64,000 bases of DNA. Source: Octopus bimaculoides (lineage: Eukaryota). The translations under genes were made by a program, and so were the position numbers. Of the stretch, positions 49,481 through 61,110 are shown one piece after another; the stretch's first letter is position 1; the number at the start of each line of letters is the position of its first letter. Location: NCBI RefSeq assembly GCF_001194135.2, contig NC_068981.1, positions 19,147,994 to 19,211,993 of the forward strand. The letters are read 5' to 3'. The notes under the pieces are model-generated. The model searched no databases, was not told where the DNA came from, and was given only the letters and a program-made list of their open reading frames with translations.

Positions 49481-50324
49481 TAGCTCCCTCTGTGCCATCA
49501 AAAATGACAGCTAATTGTAGTATTCTATATATAAATATGGATGGTAAATCAAATTAATACACTTGTCAATGTTATCTAGTGGTTGTCTTTGGAGATGTAA
49601 CATCGATCATCAGTTGTTACTGAAAGAACACTGGTTCACACATACAAACATTCACAAACTTCCCTTGTATACTCACACACATACACACATATGCTTACAC
49701 AAAGTTGAAATGCTGTTTGATTTTTTTCTTTTCAATGCTGAATGTTCGCCATCCTGCTTCCATTGCACACACTCTCACACACACAAACATTCATACACCT
49801 CCCTTTTATATACACACATATATACTCACACAGAGTTGAAACGCTGTTTGATTTTTCTTTTCGGCGTTGAATGTTCATCATCGCACCTGTTTGCCATCAC
49901 ACCTTCCTTCCTTATTCATCTACCACCCCTTCCTTTCTCATTCACATGTTGTGACGGAGAAAAACACAAGAGTTTTATTATAATAGATTGTACAAAATTT
50001 GTCAAATAAATAAGTTCCTGTATCATGAGAAGTGAGTTCTCAGGTGTCAAACAAGGGTTTTCTTCCTGGATAATATCTGAAGAAAACTCTGTTTGAATCT
50101 CCTCATAAGACATGTACTTTTCTTGTTTTATAAATTCATAAACTGTTTTTGCCATACCACCCCCTCAAGATGATATGAGTTCATAAGGGGGCTGTATATG
50201 TCACAAGAATTCTGTGGGGGTTCTGGATGTTTAGAGAGGGAGATGTTCTTAGAAATGAAATATTTAAACAAGTTTTTAACTATTTATACTTTACTTGTAT
50301 ATCTATACTACTTAAGGGAAGGTG

Positions 50325-50620
50325 CGTAGTTTAATGGTTAGAGTATTTGGTTCATGATCGCAAGGTCATGAGTTCTATTCTTGGCATTGCGTTGTATCCT
50401 TGAGCAAGATACTTTATTTCTCAGCTAGAAAAAATGAGTAGTACCTGTATTTCAAAGGACCAGCCTTGTCACGCATTGTGTCATGCTGAATCTCCCTGAG
50501 AACTACATTAAGGATCTTTGTGTCTGTGGAGTGCTCAGCCGCACGCATGTGAATTTCGTGTGTGGGCTGATCGGATCAACCGGAACCCTTGTCATCGCAA
50601 CCACCAGAGTGCCAGTTATA
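50325..50620 (+). mobile_element. tRNA-derived SINE (head 1 + tail X)
   Basis: gtgcgtagtttaatggttagag…gagttctattc, tatccttgagcaagatactttatt, gtctgtggagtgctcagcc…gatcggatcaaccggaaccc. Confidence 0.85.
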
Positions 50621-50839
50621 CTACTTATTATATTTTGAACACATTTTCAAACAAGGCAAATAAATCTTTGTAGGGATTGGAAAAAGGGCTAAACATTGTG
50701 GTATCAATGAGCAGAGCATGACTGATGAGGTACCAAATTTCAGTGTAATTTCATTTATGTGTCCTTATTTTTGTTAGTAATTTCCACAAAAGTTTAAGAT
50801 AAGGGGCATTGATCCACATAAGTATTTAAAAAGAGACCG

Positions 50840-51050
50840 GTGTCACATAAAAGGCACCTGTGCTGGTGGCATGTAAAAGCACCCATTACACTCTCAGAGC
50901 TGTTGGCGTTAGGAAGGGCAGCCAGCTGTAGAAGCATTGCCAAATCAGATTGGAGCCCGGTGCAGCCTCCTGGCTTTCCACACCTCAGTCAAACCATCAA
51001 ACCCATACCAGCATGGAAAATGGATGTTGAACGATGATGATGATGATGAC
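50840..51050 (+). mobile_element. RTE-3'UTR-type repeat copy with (GAT)n tail
   Basis: ttggcgttaggaagggcagccagctgtagaa…cccataccagcatggaaa. Confidence 0.85.
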
Positions 51051-51174
51051 AACAGCAAATGGCTATGGAGATCCAGTAGGGTAAAATAGAAAACAAAGGG
51101 ATCAATAGGCAAAAAGTGGTTGAAAATCACTGCTCTATATTGTGGCTTACTTCCTTAATTCTCACATTAACCAT

Positions 51175-51362
51175 CCATTCAACTTGATGGGACACTGGTC
51201 CATCACAGGATTACTCTTTTTTGCCAGCTGAGTGGACTAGAGTAACATGAAATGAAGTGTTTTGCTCAAGAACACAATGTATTGACTGGTCCAGGAATTG
51301 AAATCACAATCTTATGATCATGAGTCCAACATCCTAACCACTAAGCCATGCACTTCCACATT
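51175..51362 (-). mobile_element. tRNA-derived SINE (head 1 + partial tail Y)
   Basis: Similarity to 41165-41412. Confidence 0.8.
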
Positions 51363-51852
51363 TACCTGTAGAGGCTATCCTTTTCTCCTTTGAGAGTTAC
51401 TTCAATGTGTATCCTTCTCAAGTCAATATCTGTGATCAAACTGAACATCAGCCGTATTGCTTTCCTCCATGTGGAAAAAAGTGGAAAAATCTGGGAAAGA
51501 CATAGGTAGCACCTTTTCCACTCAACAAAGCCATAAAAATCGATACTTTCTGTGAATTCAAAGTATTCTTTGCTGCATAGCATTTAGCTTGGTGTGTAGC
51601 GAAAAGAAATCTTTTATTCATGTTGAAGAATAACTCACTCCCATCTCAAAGATGGGTTATACAAAATATTAGAAGGCATCTCTGATCATAATGTTTTCAG
51701 TGTTATTACCTGTAACTGTTATCTTCAATACAAAACATTTCAAGGATGAATATAGATTTTAGATCTCTTCTTAGAAACCTACAATCTGTGAGCTACATGT
51801 TTATCTTTACTAGTTTACACATTCACATGGTCACATACAAAGCACAAAATAT

Positions 51853-51893
<41 letters not shown>

Positions 51894-52853
51894 NNNNNNN
51901 NNNNNNNNNNNNNNNNNNNNNNNNNNNNNNNNNNNNNNNNNNNNNNNNNNNNNNNNNNNNNNNNNNNNNNNNNNNNNNNNNNNNNNNNNNNNNNNNNNNN
52001 NNNNNNNNNNNNNNNNNNNNNNNNNNNNNNNNNNNNNNNNNNNNNNNNNNNNNNNNNNNNNNNNNNNNNNNNNNNNNNNNNNNNNNNNNNNNNNNNNNNN
52101 NNNNNNNNNNNNNNNNNNNNNNNNNNNNNNNNNNNNNNNNNNNNNNNNNNNNNNNNNNNNNNNNNNNNNNNNNNNNNNNNNNNNNNNNNNNNNNNNNNNN
52201 NNNNNNNNNNNNNNNNNNNNNNNNNNNNNNNNNNNNNNNNNNNNNNNNNNNNNNNNNNNNNNNNNNNNNNNNNNNNNNNNNNNNNNNNNNNNNNNNNNNN
52301 NNNNNNNNNNNNNNNNNNNNNNNNNNNNNNNNNNNNNNNNNNNNNNNNNNNNNNNNNNNNNNNNNNNNNNNNNNNNNNNNNNNNNNNNNNNNNNNNNNNN
52401 NNNNNNNNNNNNNNNNNNNNNNNNNNNNNNNNNNNNNNNNNNNNNNNNNNNNNNNNNNNNNNNNNNNNNNNNNNNNNNNNNNNNNNNNNNNNNNNNNNNN
52501 NNNNNNNNNNNNNNNNNNNNNNNNNNNNNNNNNNNNNNNNNNNNNNNNNNNNNNNNNNNNNNNNNNNNNNNNNNNNNNNNNNNNNNNNNNNNNNNNNNNN
52601 NNNNNNNNNNNNNNNNNNNNNNNNNNNNNNNNNNNNNNNNNNNNNNNNNNNNNNNNNNNNNNNNNNNNNNNNNNNNNNNNNNNNNNNNNNNNNNNNNNNN
52701 NNNNNNNNNNNNNNNNNNNNNNNNNNNNNNNNNNNNNNNNNNNNNNNNNNNNNNAAAACACTGTCTGGTTTAAAAAGCCACATCAGACGCCATGAAAGGG
52801 CTAAGGTGTAGGTGCAGGAGGTGGTGAAACTCTGTTTAAGGAGTAGACAACCA

Positions 52854-52920
<67 letters not shown>

Positions 52921-53921
52921 TAGATAGATAGATAGATAGATAGATATATGCACATGCATATAAACATATATACATAGATACACATATACATATATATATG
53001 TATACACACACACACATACACATATATGTATATGTGTGTATATATGTATGTATGCACTGAACATACACACATATATATAATTATATATATGTATATGTGA
53101 ACCACTCCTATGCCATTATTATTTACGACTGACACACAGTTTATATTATTGTTCTATCACATCAGACCTATCTACAGGACACAATATTCAACAAATATCT
53201 TAATCTCATATATCTCCAAGATAATCCTCTTTCTGGTCACAAATGTCTTACACCTTTGGTTGCACATTAAATATTAAGTAGAACTGAAAGCACTGAGAAT
53301 ACATATGACCATTTTGTTTCAGAGGCATTATGTACCAGATGACATGGGTATAGACATGTTCTAGTCTTTTTACTATATGTGTAAGTTTCTAGTCTATCGG
53401 AAATAATGCTGGACAACTCTCTTGCCGATGACAAGCTTTGAGACAGAAACACATGCCCACAGCTGTTCTCTTATCACCAAACAATAAGCCTCTCCTTTTC
53501 CTTAATGGCATGTCAATTTTAGAAAAATTTTGATTCCTGAGCTTATCTCCCCTTCTCAAGTTAACCTGGTCTCAACTGCCATTTGATCACTATAATATGT
53601 CTTCTAGAGCCAGGGATAATTTTAATAAATCAACCATTTATGTTGCATGGTATTTGATATATTTGTATTCACTTTATGTTAGATAGATATGTGTGTATAT
53701 ATATATATATATNNNNNNNNNNNNNNNNNNNNNNNNNNNNNNNNNNNNNNNNNNNNNNNNNNNNNNNNNNNNNNNNNNNNNNNNNNNNNNNNNNNNNNNN
53801 NNNNNNNNNNNNNNNNNNNNNNNNNNNNNNNNNNNNNNNNNNNNNNNNNNNNNNNNNNNNNNNNNNNNNNNNNNNNNNNNNNNNNNNNNNNNNNNNNNNN
53901 NNNNNNNNNNNNNNNNNNNNN

Positions 53922-53949
<28 letters not shown>

Positions 53950-53953
<4 letters not shown>

Positions 53954-54135
53954 AGAATTCACGAATAAACAACAGACAGGTGGTGTAAACAACAAATGGA
54001 TGTATTAGTATAACACTTGGGAATAGAGAAAGTCGTTAACATTTCGAGCCTGTACTCTTCAACAGAAAGGAACACAGAAAGAAACAAGAAGAGAAAAAGA
54101 TCAGCATAGTGGTCAGCGATCTATCATAGGTTATG
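53950..54135 (-). mobile_element. Solo Neptune-type PLE pLTR
   Basis: Homologous to 38615-38780 (gacaggtg…tgtattagt…gggaa…aaagtc…tttcgagcct). Confidence 0.7.
54032..54070 (-). ncRNA. Variant minimal hammerhead motif (CUGUUGA core)
   Basis: Reverse complement ccttt-CTGTTGA-a-gagt-acag-gctc-GAAAT-GTT-aacgac. Confidence 0.45.
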
Positions 54136-54369
54136 TGCGATAGTGGTGTCAATTAGACCCAGAGGTTTCAGGTAATGCTGAGTAAGTGCTATGGATAGAC
54201 CACAGTTGAGTTCCAGGTTTGGTGGTTAGGGATATAATAAATATCCTGGAAACAGCCATAAGACATTCTATTTATAAATGTTCTATATTATACACAGCCT
54301 TGGTCTTTTATCTCATTACGAAAAGTAAATCCTTATATATATATATATGATGATGATGATGATATATAT

Positions 54370-54590
54370 ATCATTATCATTTAAATGTGTTTTCTGTGCT
54401 GGTACAGATAACTTGACAGGAATTGGTCAGGCCAGAGACTACACCAGGTTCTATCGTTTGTAATGGCTGGGTGTCTACAGCTTGATGCATTTCCTAATAC
54501 TGGGCACATTTTATGTGACACCATCACCAATACTTTTAACATGACATCATCACCAATTCCTTTTTATGTGGCACCAATACCAATGCTTTC
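54370..54590 (-). mobile_element. Old RTE-3'UTR-type repeat copy
   Basis: ctacagcttgatgcatttcctaatact…ttttatgtggcacca. Confidence 0.6.
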
Positions 54591-54945
54591 TATGTTACAT
54601 CTTGATTTTAGGACATCAGTTGTGTTGTTGATAGATTGGTCTTGTTGAGTACAGGAATGTACCACACAACACACACAAATGCACACATATATAATTATAC
54701 ACACACATATATATAGATAATTATAGATGTATGTATAAATATATATATGTGTGTAATGTGTGTGTATATATATATATATATATTATATGTATGTATATAC
54801 AAAGTATGGGGGTTTAGTTCACAGGTGATCTTAACGATTAGGTACGCTAGGTAAGTGGTGTAACGGATTACTGGGGCTCCAAGGTTAAAGCCAAGATGGT
54901 AGTTATGGAGCCATTACAGATTTCTGATGCAGTGGATATATAATT

Positions 54946-55071
54946 GTTAAACAGGACATCAAACATCAAGGCAAGGCAAACATCTCAAGTCATATACAAT
55001 TTCTTCCTATAATAATATTGTATATGACTTGAGATGTTTGCCTTGCCTTAATCTTTGACATCCTGTTTAAC
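54946..55071. repeat. 126-nt near-perfect inverted repeat (hairpin)
   Basis: Arms 54946-55000 and 55017-55071, 55 bp with 4 mismatches, inner 33 bp perfect; 16-nt loop. Confidence 0.9.
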
Positions 55072-55107
<36 letters not shown>

Positions 55108-55525
55108 NNNNNNNNNNNNNNNNNNNNNNNNNNNNNNNNNNNNNNNNNNNNNNNNNNNNNNNNNNNNNNNNNNNNNNNNNNNNNNNNNNNNNNNNNNNNN
55201 NNNNNNNNNNNNNNNNNNNNNNNNNNNNNNNNNNNNNNNNNNNNNNNNNNNNNNNNNNNNNNNNNNNNNNNNNNNNNNNNNNNNNNNNNNNNNNNNNNNN
55301 NNNNNNNNNNNNNNNNNNNNNNNNNNNNNNNNNNNNNNNNNNNNNNNNNNNNNNNNNNNNNNNNNNNNNNNNNNNNNNNNNNNNNNNNNNNNNNNNNNNN
55401 NNNNNNNNNNNNNNNTTTAAATGATATTCTTTTAATACAGTTCTATATTTAAGAGATGAGGAATTATTTACATTATTTACATTATTTACATTTGACAGAT
55501 ATTTGTCCTCATCTTGTTTGTTGTT

Positions 55526-55571
55526 AACACAACGTTTCGGCTGATATACCCTCCAGCCTTCGTCAGGTGTC
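55526..55571 (-). ncRNA. Minimal type I hammerhead ribozyme (intact core)
   Basis: Reverse complement gacac-CTGACGA-a-ggctg-gagggtatat-cagcc-GAAAC-GTT-gtgtt: stem I gacac/gtgtt, stem II ggctg/cagcc, palindromic AACGTT in place of helix III, GUU cleavage triplet. Confidence 0.8.
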
Positions 55572-55737
55572 TTGGGGAAATTTTGAACCTGGGTTCTCAT
55601 TCCTAACGATGCTAGGACACAACAACCTCCTAAGCAGACCGAGTGCAGATATGAATAGCATATGGGAACCGGTATTGAGGAAGGATAGAAAAATAATAGA
55701 TTTATAAGCCCTAAAATTCGTTTCCATAATTGCCCAC

Positions 55738-55810
55738 GGGCATATGGCGTAGTGGTTAAGAGCGCGGGCTACTAACCCCAAGATTCCGAGTTCGATTCAC
55801 GGCAGCGACC
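55738..55810 (+). mobile_element. tRNA-derived Pol III head (not a bona fide tRNA)
   Basis: A box TGGCGTAGTGG (55745-55755), B box GAGTTCGATTC (55788-55798), anticodon-like loop ctactaa; acceptor stem does not close. Confidence 0.8.
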
Positions 55811-55901
55811 TGATTAATAATTAATAATAATAATATAATAATAATAATATAATAATAGTAACATCGTTAGGAGTGAGAACCCAGGTTCAAAATTTCCCCA
55901 A

Positions 55902-55947
55902 GACACCTGACGAAGGCTGGAGGGTATATTAGCCGAAAGGTTGTGTT
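55902..55947 (+). ncRNA. Minimal hammerhead ribozyme, mutated copy
   Basis: gacac-CTGACGA-a-ggctg-gagggtatat-tagcc-GAAAG-GTT-gtgtt; C15.2->G removes the AACGTT palindrome. Confidence 0.7.
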
Positions 55948-56043
55948 AACAACAAACAAGTTGAGGACAAATATCCGTCAAATGTAAATAATGTATATAC
56001 TTTTAACTTAGCTTTTATTAGAATTAATTCGCGTGAAAATATG

Positions 56044-56106
<63 letters not shown>

Positions 56107-56129
56107 AATGTGTGTATATTATATATCAC

Positions 56130-56295
56130 TACTATCATCATCATTTAAATTCCATGTTCTTAGCTGGCATGGGTTGGTTGGCTGGTGTGACATGATCTGA
56201 TGAGTCTGATGTCTACTTGTTCTCTAATGTCTGCTTTTGTGTGGTTTCTATGACTGGACACCTTTCCTAATGCCAACCGTTTTACGACATGTACT
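56130..56295 (-). mobile_element. RTE-3'UTR-type repeat copy (old)
   Basis: (CAT)n, ggcatgggttgg…ctttcctaatgccaacc. Confidence 0.65.
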
Positions 56296-57559
56296 GAGAT
56301 TGTGCTGAAGTATGGAGTGTGGAGGATAAATAATAAATAAAGCGAGTGGAAGACAAAGAATAACCCCATCCCAAAAGCTATATTAAAACATCGAAGAAAC
56401 AATTTTGTTTTAGAAAATAATAAATTTAAAAAATTGACAGGAAGGACTGAGGGTGGAAAACCAAAATCAGGAGATGTGTGTGGAGTCAAGGATTGATGAA
56501 GATGAAGGAAGCTATGAATAGGTGAAGAGGGTAGGTTGAGAGCGTTAGGCAAGGAAAAAGAGAAGGTGAACTCAATTCAAGGGGAAACATTAGTTAGGGA
56601 GTGCAAGAGAAAGAGTGCATTCCCTTCAAACACACACACACACACACACACACAGTCATACGTACACACACAGTCATACATATAAACACACAGAAGCTGT
56701 TGGTCAGAGGAAACCCAATGTTAGCATTTCTTTCAAAAGGCTGGATTATTTGGCCACCAATCTTAAACACGTATTCATAAACTCCTCATTTATAGGCATA
56801 CGAATACACACACTGTGACTGACATACATACTTGTTATGAAGACAAAAAACAGAGCAATCCTTTAGAGATACAGTACCACATTCAAAGCAAGCTCCACAT
56901 GTAGAGAGAGATAAACCAACACAATCCTTTAGAGATACAGTCCTATAGTCAAAGACAGACTCTCACAGTGTGTTGCATTCAAAGTGACCACCCAACATCG
57001 TTACAGATAGAGCTATACAATGACTTAAAGATAGACCACTGTAGAATGAGGTGAGAGTAGACCATTAAATAAATTAACGACCAATGAAAACCTTTGGTAA
57101 TTAGTGTCGGCTTATTCAAATCTTCGTGATTGTTTTAACAAAAACTGATTAAAATTGAATTAAAAATCTGTTCACAAAAACTTAAAATATCTTCAATGAG
57201 AGAATGAAAGAAGAAGGGGAAAAAAATTAAATGTAAAAAAAATTAAAATAAAATAAAAGCAACTAAAAAAAAACCTGTTTGATATAAGAAGAATAACAAA
57301 AAAAAAAAAAGGAGGAAAAAAGAGAGAAACAATTCTTAAAAATCAATTAAGCTGAATCAAAATCAAACTCAAATAATTTGGATGAAAAAAAAAGTCTATA
57401 AAGTTAATTAAAAACTTAATCCAAAAATCAATAGCTAATCTTATGTTTCTCCTGTCTTTTATAATTTTTTCGTTAGTTGTGGGTGGTGGCTAAAGAAATG
57501 GTAAAACATTAGCAGCAGCCTCTCTCTATCTCTCTTTCTTAGTCTTTCTCTCCATCCCG

Positions 57560-57610
<51 letters not shown>

Positions 57611-57879
57611 TCTCGCTCTTTGCAACTCCCCCACCATACAAAATCAGTTGTGATTTCAGCTTATTTTATCACATGTCAACGTTTGTTGGTCCCCCAAAAA
57701 ACCGCCCCCCTTCATCTCTCCTTTTGTGGACTGCCTTTCACATCAGCAACTTAGATTATCTCTGCCTCTCTCTTTCTCTACTCCTTCTCTGTCTCTCTAT
57801 CTGTCTATCTGTCTCTGTCTGTCTGTCTCTCTGTATCTTTCTCTCTCCATCTACTCATGTCTGTTATAACATCACTCTC

Positions 57880-57898
57880 TATAATAGTAATAATAATG

Positions 57899-57958
<60 letters not shown>

Positions 57959-58366
57959 TTCAGTCCTCTTTTAGTGACACATTGAGTTCAAAAGTAGGAG
58001 ACAAATGTTAGATATAGGAAAGTTTTATTCAATACTAATCAGTTTATATAGAAAGACATAAAAAACAACAAAACCAGCAACACAGAACTAACAAGAGTTG
58101 AGAACCAATTAACACATGCAGTGTGGAAACAGTTGCTAGAGACTTGTGTTAAAACAACATACTATGATGTGGGATAAATTGTGTACTAAAAAATCTATAT
58201 ATCTCTATGTGTGTGCGTGTGTGTGTGTGTGTGTGTACGTGTGTGTGTGTTTGTGTGTGTGTGTGTACGTATGTGTGCGTGTAATCATGTGCATGTACCT
58301 TTGTGCATCTAAGCTTGTGTATATGTGTGTTTGTGTATGTATTTACATATTTGTACACTTGTGTGG

Positions 58367-58427
<61 letters not shown>

Positions 58428-59150
58428 AATGTACAAATATGTAAATACATACACAAACACACATATACACATTTAACATATATATACACACATATGTATA
58501 TATATACACATATATATATATATTTGTGTATTCAGGTGTATTTATTTCTGTATTATTGCTTGTGCGTATGTTAACGTATATATGTGAGTGCATGCATCTG
58601 TATGTGTAGGCATGTGGTGAGTGTGTGTTTTTTGTGCATGTTTATATATATGCGTACATATTTGTATGTTTCTGTAACTGTGTTTGCATACATGTGTGTA
58701 TATATGTTGATTTATGTATCTGCAGCCATGTACAAATGTTTGCAAATATATATATATACATATGTATATGTATCCATGTATATTTATGTATCTCTGTATG
58801 TGTATGAGTGTATATATTTCCACATTTGCATTTATATGTGCATATGTAAATGTTATGTATATGAAATTATATATATGTATGCACATATATGTATACATAT
58901 ACATGTATGAGCATGTATATATTTGCCTATATATTTATATATGTGCATGTCTTATATATATATATATATATATATATGTATGCATATGTATGTGCATGTA
59001 TGTATTTGCACATATATATGTATATATATATGTGTATATATGCATGTGCATATATGCATGTGCATATATGTATGCATGTATATGCAAGCATGTATCTGCT
59101 TATATGCGTATATGTCCTATGTGTGTATTTTATTGCTTTGTGTTTTGTGT
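57880..59150. repeat. (AAT)n followed by a (TA)/(TG)-rich microsatellite field
   Basis: Direct observation. Confidence 0.9.
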
Positions 59151-59424
59151 TAATTAAATTATAGTTTTAGATCCTCCAACTTAATTTCACTTTATGTTGT
59201 TCCCTCTGTAATAAACACTCAATTAAAATACGCCAAAACCAGCCTCTACTTGATCACTCAATCTGCTAGAAATAGCAGCCAAATCTCTTGCAACTCACAC
59301 CATACCATTTCAAAAACAGAATAACTCATTGCATATTGTAGTCCCATGAGATAACCAAAACATTTGTGAGATTTTTTTAATTGTAAATCTTGAATGTTTA
59401 TTAAATGTTTATTAAATGTCTTAC

Positions 59425-59645
59425 TTATTGGTTTCAAATTTTGGCACAAACCAGCAATTTTGAGGAAGCAGGTAAGTTAATTACATCAACCCCAGTGTTC
59501 ACTCACTAGCATTTTATGTTTTTTGACCCCAAAAGTATGAAAGGCAAAGCTGGCCCCGACAGCATTTGAATTCAAAATGTAAAGACAGATGAAATGCCTC
59601 TTTGCATTTTTCCGGCATGATAATGTTACTACCAGCTCGCCACTA
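59425..59645 (-). mobile_element. Meta-domain-like SINE
   Basis: gaccccaaaagtatgaaaggcaaagctggccccgacagcatttgaattc…ttaccagctcgccac. Confidence 0.75.
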
Positions 59646-59844
59646 AAAGAAATGTCTTACTTATTGGAAGAAGGACTTTTCAAAGTCACAACTCTTTCTC
59701 AAAGAAGAATAAATTTATTAATCTCAACTCCATAAAATTCTTAGCCACCTGCTCTTCAATCTGTTTTATTGCGGGAACAGCTTGTTTTATATATGATTGT
59801 CTAGCAACAAAAGCATAGAGATTATCACTCGTAGAAATGTAAGG

Positions 59845-60180
59845 AGAATCATCATTATCATCATCATCATCATCATCATTATCATCATGAACACCACCAC
59901 CACCACAACTATCATCATTATCATCATCATCATCATCATCATTATCATCATGAACACCACCACCACCACCACCATCATTATCATCATCATCATCCCCACC
60001 CCCACCCCACCATTATCATCATCATCATCATCATCCCCACCACCATCATTGACATCGTCNNNNNNNNNNCCCCACCATTATCATCATCATCATCATCATC
60101 CCCACCACCATCATTGACATCGTCGTCGTCGTCATCATCATCATCATCACCACCACCACCACCACCATCATGGTTATTGT
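59845..60180. repeat. (CAT/CAC)n complex repeat with an internal duplication of about 66 bp
   Basis: atcattatcatcatcatc…gaacaccaccaccacc block occurs twice. Confidence 0.85.
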
Positions 60181-60756
60181 TGCTGTTGTCAATTTACGTT
60201 CCCACTCACCAGAAGGGAATGGGTGTAACATTTCTAAAAAGGGGCAACGCCTCTGACCCTGCCACCTGAGACTCCTAGTAACCCAAAATGTGGTAGAAGG
60301 GGAATTTCATTGTTATTGTCTAGTTTCAAATCAGCCCTGACTTTGTGAGGATGTTGCACTTGTGATTATCTCATCTTTCATTCAAACAATTTATATCAAG
60401 GACCATGCAATTGATCCCCTCTCTCTCTCCCTCCTTTTTAAATCATAAGAAGGGATTTGAGAAGGATTTGCAGCAATTTCTTATTTCTTTATTGCCCACA
60501 AAGGGCTAAACATAGAGGAGACAAACAAGGACAGAAAAAGGGATTAAGTCGATTACATTGACCCCAGTGCNNNNNNNNNNNNNNNNNNNNNNNNNNNNNN
60601 NNNNNNNNNNNNNNNNNNNNNNNNNNNNNNNNNNNNNNNNNNNNNNNNNNNNNNNNNNNNNNNNNNNNNNNNNNNNNNNNNNNNNNNNNNNNNNNNNNNN
60701 NNNNNNNNNNNNNNNNNNNNNNNNNNNNNNNNNNNNNNNNNNNNNNNNNNNNNNNN

Positions 60757-61110
60757 NTCGCTTACGACGTCGAGGGTTCCAGTTGATCCAATCAATGAAC
60801 AGCCTGCTCGTGAAATTAACGTGCAAATGGCTGAGCACTCCACAGACACGTGTACCCTTAACGTAGTTCTCGGGGATATTCAGCGCGACATGGATTGTGA
60901 CAAGGCTGACCCTTTGAATTACAGGCACAACAGAAACAAGAAGTAAGAGTGAGAGAAAGTTGTGGTGAAAGAGTACAGCAGGGTTTGCCACTATCTCCTG
61001 CCGGAGCCTCATGGAGATTTAGGTGTTTTCGCTCAATAAACACTCACAACGCCCGGTCTGGGAATCGAAACCGCGATCCTATGACCGCGAGTCCGCTGCC
61101 CTAACAACTG
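60757..61110 (-). mobile_element. tRNA-derived SINE (head 2 + tail X)
   Basis: Reverse complement ggaggcgcaatggcccagttgttagggcagcggactcgcggtc…ggtttcgattcc head; tail as in 16085-16242. Confidence 0.9.

Larger units (their letters stand above)
50010..53600 (-). mobile_element. Scattered remnants of a decayed L1/Tx1-like LINE
   Basis: QES(K)…H.GKG..(G) near 53450-53560, SDH-region-like sequence near 51690 and TVYEFIKQEKYMSYEEIQTEF at 50040-50155 resemble successive L1/Tx1 regions; interrupted by SINEs and a gap. Confidence 0.3.
55416..55994 (+). mobile_element. 5'-truncated Penelope-like insertion: inverted pLTR + ORF 3' end + tRNA-like head + (AAT)n + pLTR
   Basis: 55480-55611 is the reverse complement of 55862-55994; HNNLLSRPSADMNSIWEPVLRKDRKIIDL* at 55618-55707 resembles a PLE GIY-YIG C-terminus; both arms carry hammerhead cores. 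Confidence 0.8.

Noticed and set aside
55738-55810. tRNA gene (likewise the other SINE heads)
   Set aside because: Acceptor stem does not pair, and the head is followed by repeat body or (AAT)n rather than a Pol III terminator; tRNA-derived, not functional tRNA.
56856-56941. Repeat-spacer-repeat pattern resembling CRISPR
   Set aside because: Only two copies, eukaryotic context, no cas genes.
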